Positions 18,701-26,500 of a stretch of DNA of 64,000 nt are shown here, in pieces. Origin of the DNA: a virus. Under the pieces are notes generated by a model. The model did not search any database and was not told where the DNA came from. It saw only the letters and a program-made list of their open reading frames with translations. The stretch covers positions 1 to 64,000 of the IMG/VR virus record IMGVR_UViG_3300021085_000019; one strand, 5' to 3'. Numbering within the stretch: position 1 is the stretch's first letter; every line of letters starts with the position of its first letter. Both the position numbers and the translations under genes were made by a program.

Positions 18701-21198
18701 ATCACACTTATGGTGATGGCGGTACTGCATATGTAATTCCGCTTCCATCAGAAAGTATGAGTGGGTTTACTATTCACGATGGTGATGGTACACAAAGACC
18801 AATCGCTGATAGTAAAGAAATAAAATTCCAAGAAGGTACTACTTCTGCAGTTAGAAGTGGTGATGATTATATTCAAATTAATTGGACTGACACATCTCAT
18901 GGTTCAGATACCGATCCTTATGATTTAACATTTGCCCATAAACTTACTACTCGTACTGATCCAGCTTTAGGTTCAGCTTTACTTGCTTTTGGAGGTAATT
19001 TTACTGCTGTTACTGGTGTAACCACAAATCCTACAGGTCACGTTACTGCGATTAATACTACTCAGTTTACTTTACCTACAGAAACAGCACGTAATAATGG
19101 TCTATTGACCATGTCCACTTTAGCTGGACTTGATGGTAGTGCAACGTTTTCAGCTGATCAGGCCGGTCCCTCAACATTTACAGTTTCACTAGACTTATCT
19201 GAACTTACTGATATGACACCTGATGTTGATGGTGCGGTTGATGAACTTATCTTACTTGACAATAGTGTAGAAAAAAGAAAGCGCATTGGAGAAATTAAGC
19301 TAGGTCAGTTTGTTAATGACCAAGGTTGGACGGATAATGAAGGTGATATTACACAAGTTAATATTACAGCAGGTAACGGTTTAACAGGTAGTAAAAATAC
19401 TACATCTGGTAATCACGTACAAACTATTCACGTTGGTGCTGGTGCTCTTATTGATGTTCGAGCTGATCATGTTGATGTCGATCTAAACGAACTTAGCGAC
19501 ATGGGCGATTCCACTGCAGTTGTTGGAACAACAGATTATTTACCAATTCTTGATAGTGGTGTACAGAAGAAAAAGAAAATTAGTACAATTACACTAAGTG
19601 ACTTTGACAATGATAATGGTTGGACGGATAATGACGGTACTGTGACAAGTGTGGGAATAACTCCCGGTACAGGATTAGATGTAAGTAATACACCGATTAC
19701 AACTAGCGGTAATATAAGTATCTCTTTAGACTTATCAGACCTTACTGATATGACTGCAACGGTTAATAGAGATCAAGACGAACTTATATTGCTTGATAAT
19801 GGAGCCGAACGTAGAAAGCTGACTAAGGAAATTGGACTGTCAGTCTTTAACAATGACCTTGGAAACTATGGAGGTTTCTCTACAACCGATACATTCTTAA
19901 GTGATGTAACAGCTATCACTGATAATACAACCGATATTAAATTGGTTCACACAATGTCTAACGCCGCTACCCACGATATTGTTATAGAAGCTGGATCTGG
20001 TATTACACTAACAGATAATGCTAATAATGATTATGCGTTTGAAATCTCTGTTAATGAATCTGATCTTGACTTTGATAACTATGCGCATTGGAGATTTAAG
20101 GAAGGTAATGGTACTGAGACTGGTATTATTACTTCAGAAGATACTTTACACTTCGCTCAAGACGGTATTACTACTGTTGAAAAGACCGCTGATGATCAAT
20201 TGACGATTAGTACTCCAGGCACAGATTTATCTAATACTACTACCACTACTAAAGTCACTGTTGCATCGAGTACTGGTAATAATACTGATATATTAGAAGC
20301 CACGGGTTCAAGAGCTGGTGTAATGACAGTTGCGCATCATGATAAACTTGATGCTATTGCACCAAGTGCTGAAGTTAACCAAAATGCATTTAGTAATCTC
20401 ATGGCGAATACATATGATTCTAGTACTCAGACTGGAATAAATGTTGCAGTACTTTCTGCAGATAGTAAAACAGATACATTTACTATTGAAACTGGTCATG
20501 GATTTACAACTACAGCAACTTCTTCTTCTGATTCAATGACAATCAATAGAAATAATGATTGGAGAACAAAATACGATAACGATAATGCTTACGTAGGTAA
20601 TAAGAGTAAAGAATACATATACTTTGATCCAGCTGGAGAAGTTAAGTTATACTCTCATGGCGTAGAAAATGTAAGATTTTATAACCCTAGCGGGACCGTA
20701 AATAGTGTCATGTATTTCCCGCATTCAATGGGCCCAGCTATGGGTATTAAAAGTAGTGAGGGTACTGGAAGTAATAAGTTAGAGATATTTGCTGAAAACA
20801 CTGGTAACCTAGATGCGAAATTTATATTTACTCATGCTGGAGCGTTACATGTACATGATGATATTACAGCTTTCTCATCATCAACTGCCTCTGATGTTAA
20901 ACTCAAAGAAAATATTGAAAGAGTTGAAGGTGCATTAGATAAAGTATCACAATTAGATGGCGTAACATTTACTTGGAAGAGAGACGGAAAAGAATCTGCT
21001 GGTGTTATTGCACAAAATGTAGAAGAGGTATTACCATCTGCAGTAAAAGAAGTTGAGACAGTAGATGGTGAAGAAATTAATAAGCATGTTGATTATACAC
21101 AATTATCGGCATTGTTCATCGAAGCAATTAAAGAATTAAAAGAAGAAAATAAATTACTTAGAGCTGAGATTGAAAGCTTAAAAGATATAAATAGTTAA
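12706..21198 (+). CDS. Giant fibre protein (2830 aa): helical repeats, beta repeats and a C-terminal Peptidase_S74 intramolecular chaperone
   Basis: N-terminal TDTLETLRQKSNEI; about 20 'AINEL..EIG' helical repeats; GGTLGVTG repeats; C-terminal SDVKLKENI...GVTFTWK...AGVIAQNVEEVLPSAV...VDYTQLSALFIEAIKEL. Confidence 0.88.
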   Translation: MANKETRIYKTDTLETLRQKSNEISLHLGDNEQLNSLMADKTYVYSAAAGDTLFAGADTSSPAKTARFEVSPTHTVDNTGGYIVLKSVSSLDSSYIPGNIIYQGTSGSASYSATIVSASTDRILVRDSSGNFSTSTDLKVGTGSPDVIAHANIERIVIEANPVGIVRVYKNGTELNQAMVTNGFHVADIRATITHTGSPTLTDFTRGVTIYQGSSQSTQAGVEANADWYGTLHSVSGGVIRVKTYNGNFITSGAGSSIRALGSSNTITSHGSLTAIDNTYGSYIELTTPASSSDQIKVFSLDVVAAINELQDDIGGVESLTTAANNLVLAINEHDAELGTITASAMGTAASTVSTAIREHEDQIGNESISSVDAEDSNNTITGALNQLHAEVGDVTSTNLGTSASNLTAAIREHEDQIGNDNINAISSTNNTIKTALNQLHTEIGSSVLTDNLPTDFAYNVTDHTTATNTMSSFIGNTSIANIGTTDTVTGALQKLHAELGSSSITDNLPTDITYTVTNHTTALNTMSAFIGSTSINNIGAPDTLTGALQSLHGEIGNMVFGSSGPVDTVNSTTLTGAVNVLDAEIGNTNYNSVGTDISTALLNLYNDIYTTASVTGLNTTATHLVGAINELEQDLFNAEGGTKRTRSSLLTSDKTSIVDAINELHTELYTSGASFTGLSANNFKSAINELRAELGDVNDINNATGYSATTAVTGITEIQGDIGNVDALTLEAGTIVGALNEIEAIFDASTREISASSDPFTVTSGSFLINSSGNIVFDNGTNHTVLKKDGVEYARFTKSGTDFQLKAGHLGALFLTASGQNATFANNLTVDNNLEVDGTAGVDGNFRVGVSGSSRFTVAASNGNTSVGGTLGVTGNTTLGGTLGVTGATTLSSTLNVTGAAELVSSLGVDGNLRVGSNKFNVTASNGNTQIDGTLEVDGSTGIDGNFRVGAEGASKFTVTASNGNTTVYGTLGVSQHTSVSSLSASGNASVGGTLGVTGATTLSSTLNVTGATELDSTLGVDGNLRVGNNKFNVTATSGNTQIDGTLEVDGSVGIDGNFRIGSNSPSPKFNVTSSSGNTTIGGTLGVDGNTTIAGTTTITNTTQSSVSSATDGALIVAGGVSIGKNLYVGGNLQVEGTQTILNTETLTVEDTLVLAGNNLSSEPTTGGFGLEVGPITSPSGVASNVTGAHSIVYNYATDRWEADGSLILSTATLATPQVEGVDFGPSDNLTFNAGVGLSETVTKTGATIVTQYVNTDRGSVAAAALNIFSSVVPSSGTTATADNNNDALNLTQGTGISTVGDGDNVITITNTDRGSVAASALRMFKTISLADVPDSTNADVVADSNADILKLRALDAITLTSDSNNDIISIDHDDFGTAGTYGPDVQDGEYIKSITVNSQGHVTAITTDDFDTRYEASDPTWALFNNTTKIDDVASGDTVKFIGGNAIDLVSSHTSGTSTLQFNHANTSSVSSLSSDNSGGNVLQDISLTFDTYGHVTARSIGTVNLDNRYIRSFQVEDGDGTEVTINQANEWKFVEGSGTGATIDINWTDTSNGSNTDPYDLTFTVNNTDRGSVAVAPLRIFKYVASDSGTAEADSTADTLTIAGGTNINTAVVGDTLTINNEYVYNHPTYNGDDFSIDTGLLSGATVISDLDINVTTDTLGHVVDANGTVATRTLIPGDLGIYGWDLHENGSSSPIVNNILNDQVDFVNGNHTTAVVTNPSANNGRVTFNHNTFTSGGTFVGGANNGIVIEDFYIDSYGHVRSVGTRDLDGRYDKYDEWRIQDNGDSTTQYGKVSSATEDSTGYVKFINGTNTTTERGGSGTVSDPHTIKVNFVNPGYISSQRSATFDATQSTANSNNNPYLTMSDAGPHNVKIVGGTNATVTRNSDNQITIAATDTNDDVNDTNLRAKLEALNPDQGIVYIGDTGNDLDLKIRGNLTVLGTQTIMNTETVTTHDNKIELNSNAASTPTEDAGIIVNRGSSTNAQIYWSEASDRWYHTYGDGGTAYVIPLPSESMSGFTIHDGDGTQRPIADSKEIKFQEGTTSAVRSGDDYIQINWTDTSHGSDTDPYDLTFAHKLTTRTDPALGSALLAFGGNFTAVTGVTTNPTGHVTAINTTQFTLPTETARNNGLLTMSTLAGLDGSATFSADQAGPSTFTVSLDLSELTDMTPDVDGAVDELILLDNSVEKRKRIGEIKLGQFVNDQGWTDNEGDITQVNITAGNGLTGSKNTTSGNHVQTIHVGAGALIDVRADHVDVDLNELSDMGDSTAVVGTTDYLPILDSGVQKKKKISTITLSDFDNDNGWTDNDGTVTSVGITPGTGLDVSNTPITTSGNISISLDLSDLTDMTATVNRDQDELILLDNGAERRKLTKEIGLSVFNNDLGNYGGFSTTDTFLSDVTAITDNTTDIKLVHTMSNAATHDIVIEAGSGITLTDNANNDYAFEISVNESDLDFDNYAHWRFKEGNGTETGIITSEDTLHFAQDGITTVEKTADDQLTISTPGTDLSNTTTTTKVTVASSTGNNTDILEATGSRAGVMTVAHHDKLDAIAPSAEVNQNAFSNLMANTYDSSTQTGINVAVLSADSKTDTFTIETGHGFTTTATSSSDSMTINRNNDWRTKYDNDNAYVGNKSKEYIYFDPAGEVKLYSHGVENVRFYNPSGTVNSVMYFPHSMGPAMGIKSSEGTGSNKLEIFAENTGNLDAKFIFTHAGALHVHDDITAFSSSTASDVKLKENIERVEGALDKVSQLDGVTFTWKRDGKESAGVIAQNVEEVLPSAVKEVETVDGEEINKHVDYTQLSALFIEAIKELKEENKLLRAEIESLKDINS
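15181..16020 (+). repeat. Intragenic tandem beta-strand repeats including an exact 42-nt direct repeat
   Basis: GGAGCTACAACTTTATCTTCAACATTAAATGTTACTGGAGCT at 15367-15408 and 15703-15744 (336-nt, 112-codon period). Confidence 0.9.
21186..21193 (+). promoter_or_regulatory. T4-type late promoter embedded in the last codons (KDINS*) of the 2830-aa gene
   Basis: Exact TATAAATA 17 nt before ATG 21211. Confidence 0.75.
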
Positions 21199-21210
21199 AG
21201 GAATTGAGGA

Positions 21211-21561
21211 ATGGCGATATATTCTAACTTAACAGTAGATCAAGGTTCAACATTTTCAGTCGAGATTGACGTAACAGACTCGGCTGGAGATCCATTAAAC
21301 CTTACTGGTTATCAAGTTGCAGGGCAGATAAGAAAAACTTATAGCTCTAATACATTTACCAATTTTGCTGCATCTGTTTACAACAATATAGGTGGAGTAG
21401 TAAAAATAGAATTAAGCGCTGCTACTACGAACGCGATGAAAGCTGGAAGATATGTCTACGATGTAGAAATATCAAGAACTATTAATAGTGTTGATGAAGT
21501 TACTCGTATAGTAGAAGGGCAGTTAGAAGTTAAACCAGGAGTTACTAAGGTAATAGAATGA
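21211..21561 (+). CDS. Small virion adaptor protein (BppU N-terminal-like beta-sandwich)
   Basis: NLTVDQGSTF...NLTGY...QIRK.Y...AGRYVYDVEI...RIVEGQLEVKPGVT pattern seen in fibre-associated ORFs of T4-like phages. Confidence 0.65.
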   Translation: MAIYSNLTVDQGSTFSVEIDVTDSAGDPLNLTGYQVAGQIRKTYSSNTFTNFAASVYNNIGGVVKIELSAATTNAMKAGRYVYDVEISRTINSVDEVTRIVEGQLEVKPGVTKVIE

Positions 21562-21803
21562 CTATAAAGGCTAAGATAAGGCAGACCGGAAAGTTAATAG
21601 GTAAGGCACAGACACAGAATGAAATTGTAGCTACTTCAATGAAAATCCAAGCTGGTGAATTAAGGCTTGGAGATTTGGCCGATGTTGACGCATCTCAACA
21701 AGCAGATGGAACTATGATGATTTACGATGCTGCATCAGGCACATATAAAATTACAACTCAGATTGAAAATGAGAATCTGAATATAATAGGAGGCACGTAC
21801 TAG
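21558..21803 (+). CDS. Small fibre-associated linker protein ending IIGGTY
   Basis: ATGA overlap with previous ORF; LGDLADVD...DGTMMIYDAASG.Y fibre-type motif. Confidence 0.7.
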   Translation: MTIKAKIRQTGKLIGKAQTQNEIVATSMKIQAGELRLGDLADVDASQQADGTMMIYDAASGTYKITTQIENENLNIIGGTY

Positions 21804-23476
21804 TGGCTAATTTGACAAGAATAAAAATCTTAACTACGGGGTCAACCACTACCGCTCCTAGTAATCTAAAAACTGGTGAGTTAGCGTACTCCTACGTAGC
21901 TGGAACACAGGCAAATAATGGTGACAGATTATATATCGGAACAGGAGCTGAAAGCGGAAATCCTGCAGTTGCATCAACAGTTGATATTATTGGCGGTAAG
22001 TATTTTACTAGCTTATTAGCTCATGAGCACGGAGTACTAACTAATAATAGTGCAGTGATTGTTGGACCAACTGGAAAGGTTGATCAATTTAATGTAGACA
22101 ATTTAAAATTAGATGGAAATTCTATTACTTCTACCAACACTGATGGTAATATAGTAATTAATCCAAATAATAATGGTAAAACCGTATTGCATAATACGTT
22201 TATTGGTGGGACAAGTGTAAGTTTAGAAGAATTTATTTATGATACAGTTGGAGGAGCAGTAACTGCAGGGACAGGAATTACTGTTACTAACGACGATGCT
22301 GGTAACTCATCAACAGTTTCTATTACAAACACTGGAGTATCTGCAGGAACATATGGTTCGGCTTCTAAAATTCCAGTACCTGTCGTAAATGCTCAAGGTC
22401 AAATCACATCTATTACTGATGTTCATCTTCCAGACTTAGCATTTTCTGGTGATTCTGGCACAGGAGCAATTGATCTTAATACTGAAACGTTGACATTTTC
22501 TGGCGATACCGGAATTACTACAACAGTAAGTGCAAACGATGTTAATATTGATTTAGACGATACTACTGTTAGTGCGGGTCAGTACGGTTCAGCAACTCAG
22601 ATTGCACAGTTTACAGTCGACGTTCAAGGTAGGTTAACACAAGCTGCCAATATTAATATTGCTACAACTCTTAATATCGCCGCGGATAGCGGGACAGATG
22701 ATGGAGTTGCTCTATTAACTGATACGCTTACTATTGCTGGTACAACTAACGAAATTGAAACATCTGTTACAGGCGATACAATTACAGTCGGACTACCTAA
22801 CAACGTAGAAATTGGCAACAATCTTGTTGTTGGTGGCAACTTAACAGTTGAAGGTACAACTACTACTGTCGAATCTACTATTATTGCGCTATCTGATCCT
22901 GTTATTGCTCTTGCAGACGATACTACATCAGTCACTTCAGACGGATTTGATCGTGGTGCTAGATTTAAGTGGGGTAATGGAACAGCCGTTAAAACTGGTT
23001 TCTTTGGTTTTGACATTCAAACAGAAAGATTTGTATTTACTAAAGACGAAACAGTTACGTCCGATGATTTCTCATCGCCTTGGGGTGACGCTGAATTTGG
23101 AAATGTTTATGGTACTGGTGCTGACTTTGGTAATGTACAAGTTGGATTAGGCGACAATCAGACAATTACTACTGCATCTGGAAAACTAGTTCTAGACGCG
23201 TCAACCAATGAAGTTGAAGTAAATGCTTTCCTAGATGTTAATGGTAATGCTGACGTAAGTGGTACTTTAAATTCTACAACCCTCACTCTTACAAATGACC
23301 TCGCTGTTACTCATGGTGGTACTGGATTAAGTTCTTTCACCGGCAAAGCGGTGTTTATTTCTAACAATGCTGGAACTGCAGTCTCATTCCTAACTGGAAC
23401 CGAAGGTAACATTATACAATTTAACAATCAAGGTGAACCTATTTCATCAAATATAATTGACGGCGGAGAATATTAA
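21803..23476 (+). CDS. Fibre protein (557 aa) with Mtd_N-like N-terminus and C-terminal IDGGEY
   Basis: GTG start with GGAGG SD; TAPSNLKTGELAYSY N-terminal motif; AGTYGSA...VNAQGQIT repeats; GNLTVEGTTTTV module; LAVTHGGTG. Confidence 0.8.
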   Translation: MANLTRIKILTTGSTTTAPSNLKTGELAYSYVAGTQANNGDRLYIGTGAESGNPAVASTVDIIGGKYFTSLLAHEHGVLTNNSAVIVGPTGKVDQFNVDNLKLDGNSITSTNTDGNIVINPNNNGKTVLHNTFIGGTSVSLEEFIYDTVGGAVTAGTGITVTNDDAGNSSTVSITNTGVSAGTYGSASKIPVPVVNAQGQITSITDVHLPDLAFSGDSGTGAIDLNTETLTFSGDTGITTTVSANDVNIDLDDTTVSAGQYGSATQIAQFTVDVQGRLTQAANINIATTLNIAADSGTDDGVALLTDTLTIAGTTNEIETSVTGDTITVGLPNNVEIGNNLVVGGNLTVEGTTTTVESTIIALSDPVIALADDTTSVTSDGFDRGARFKWGNGTAVKTGFFGFDIQTERFVFTKDETVTSDDFSSPWGDAEFGNVYGTGADFGNVQVGLGDNQTITTASGKLVLDASTNEVEVNAFLDVNGNADVSGTLNSTTLTLTNDLAVTHGGTGLSSFTGKAVFISNNAGTAVSFLTGTEGNIIQFNNQGEPISSNIIDGGEY

Positions 23477-23493
23477 TTCAAGGTTTCTTCTAG

Positions 23494-23501
23494 TATAAAT
23501 A
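23494..23501 (+). promoter_or_regulatory. T4-type late promoter
   Basis: Exact intergenic TATAAATA. Confidence 0.8.
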
Positions 23502-23508
23502 GAATAAA

Positions 23509-23571
23509 GGTTTATATAAACCATTAGAATTTTATACAGCTCTATATAGAGATTGACATAGGAGAAGCCTA
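23509..23571 (+). promoter_or_regulatory. Structured leader: two perfect TATATA-centred palindromes plus an SD-sequestering hairpin
   Basis: GGTTTATATAAACC (23509-23522), CTCTATATAGAG (23540-23551), TAGG-AGAAG-CCTA (23559-23571) before the TTG start. Confidence 0.55.
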
Positions 23572-23573
23572 AA

Positions 23574-26500
23574 TTGGCCAGAAAGACAGACATTAGACTA
23601 AGGCGTTCTAATACAGAAAACGCTATACCAACTCACACCAATTTGAATGATGGCGAACTCGCCATGAACACCTATGACGGTGCTCTTTATTTCAAAAAAT
23701 CTGATAACACGATAATTACTGCACACGATAATACTATTTTACATCTTAATAGTAATACAAGTCGTGTCGGTATTGGAACAACATCTCCGGCCGGTAATCT
23801 TCATGTCAAATCTGTAGGTGATGTCGGCGATGCTTTACTTATCGTTGAAGCAGATGCAGATAATAATGTTGAAGGCGATAATCCAAAAATTGAATTAAGA
23901 CAGGATTCTGGTTTTGTTACAGGCGCTATGTATTTAGAAGGTAATGCCGCCTCACAAGCAACTAACTCATTACAAAACGGTTTTTTACTAGACGCAAAAG
24001 GAGCCTCAAGCGATGGAGGCACAATACAATTTGCTACTGGTGGATTAGCCGCTAATCAAAGTGGCGGACCGACCAATAGTGCTGTGAGAATGACAATTCT
24101 ACGGGACGGAAACATAGCCATTGGTCAAATCACATCTAGCCATAAACTTACAGTAGCAGGAAATACTTTCTTATCAGGCGATAACAGACATGTATATTTT
24201 GGTGGTAATAATACTTTTATTGGAGAAAATTCTAGTTCTAGTAAACTAGAATTAAGAGGCGGCGGGTCTAGCTCATCAGAAACAGTTTATGTCAATAGTA
24301 ATGGAGCAGTCGGTATTGGGATAATTGCACCTACTGAAAAGCTTCATGTTGTTGGTAATGCAATTTTTCATTCTGGTGCGGCATACGGCGATTTAGTCGT
24401 TGGGCGTGGCTCCAACCAAGAAATTAAATTATACGTTAGTGACGCAAATACACAAATTATTGGATATCAGGATAGTGACAGTGATGGAAATCATTCTTTC
24501 GATATAATCAGAGAATTTGATGGTGCTGGTGAAAATGATTTTACTATTAGAAAGGGGTCAGGATCAGTACAATTTGATATTAATAAAGATGGTAATATTA
24601 CATTTAATAATGCATTTACTTTTCCAAATGCAGATGGACAAGCTGATCAGATATTAAAAACAAATGGAAGTGGTACCTTAACTTGGGCAAATGATTCTGG
24701 TGGTGGATCTTCAGTTAGTCTATCCGATAGTGATAACGACACTCTTATTCAAGTAGAAGAAAGCAATGACGAAGATATAATTAGATTTGATGTTGCGGGT
24801 TCTGAAGTTGCTCAAATGACTGACGACGGCCTTATATTGAATGATGGATATAATTTTGAAGGCGATGTTATTGGAGCTATTAAATTTAAGGCACAAGCTG
24901 GTGAAGCTTTAACAAAGGGTGATGTAGTTTATATATCTGGTATATCAGGTAATACAACAGTAGTATCAAAGGCAGATGCAAATGACGCTGCTAAAATGCC
25001 GGCGTTTGGATTAGCTGCAAGTACAGTAAGTTTAAATGCTGCGGTACAAATTGTCACATTTGGTACTTTACAAGGAATAGACACATCATCATATTCAGAA
25101 GGTGATGAACTATACGTTAATGTATTAGCCGGCACACTCACAGATAGCGCTCCTACAGGTTCTAGCTCTGCGTTACAAAAAATAGCAAAGGTCACTCGAT
25201 CAGATGCAAGTGCTGGTTCAGTAAAAGTTTCAGGAGCTGGAAGAACAAACGCTACTCCTAATCTTGATGAAGGTAAGATATTTGTAGGTAATGCTTCTAA
25301 TAAGTCTGTTCAAGGCGATGATACACTTCATGTTGATATGGCTAATAGCCGTGTTGGTATTAATAAAGCTTCTCCCGACCGTTCACTGCATATTGATGGA
25401 ACTGTTAGAATCGACGGGGGAACAGGAGTAGTTTCGACTGGTGTTTTAGAAGTAATGCAAAATGGCGATACTGCCAATAACGCAATCGCTCTAACAAGCA
25501 GTAATGCCGTTTCAACTAGGATATGGAAAAATGGTAGTGGAACATTTTTTATTGGATCGTCTAGTGCTAATAACGCTTTTCAACAATTAGTAAATGGCAA
25601 TACTACTATCAATGCTCAAGAGTTTACTATAGCACATGCCAACCCAACTCTTATATTAAAAGACACAACTGACGACGATGATCATAATATATTATTTAAA
25701 GACAGCTCCGATAATACTATTGCTAAAATAAGTACAGCTTTACCAGTAATGGATGATTTAAATATTGGTACTGTTACTGCTAGGGAATTTAATCTATTCA
25801 CAAATAACACCACCGCGATGTCAATCGACACATCTCAAAACTCAGTATTTGCAGGTGATGTTTCTATTTTAACCGGCACAAGCGCTAAGCAAGCTAGTGA
25901 TATGTTATATATTGGCGGATCCGGTTTAGGTAGCACTGATGCAGCAATTTATCTAGGAAATGCCGGTGACGGAACTGGATATGGATGGAGATTTTTCTAT
26001 AAAGGTTCTGGTGATGGTAATGAAAATAGATTAATTATTAGATCTGAAAATTCCGGATCGCCAGTCGATGCATTGTCGTTTACCCAAAATGGCCAGGCAT
26101 TATTCGGCGATAGCATTGTAATGGGTAATAGTGAGAAGATATACTTCTTATCAAATGGTGACGCGAATACTGGATCATCGTATTGGTATAGAGCTGGTGG
26201 TAATGCTACTAGATTGCTTTATAGAGATAATGTTTTAGTGTTTGATGCATATCAAGATCATTCTGCTGAATTTAGAAACTCTAACGATGATATTATATTT
26301 AAAGTCACTCCAAATGCAACTGCTACTAATAGTGCAACAATAGTTAGTAATGGTAACTTTTCTATCGCTAATGGAGCATTAAATATTGGAGGATCTGAGC
26401 TTTCTGACAATAATAGAAATGTAACAACTAATAATTTAACTGTTGGTGGTAATTTAACAGTTAATGGTTCTGTGACAACATTAAACACTGCCACGCTTAC

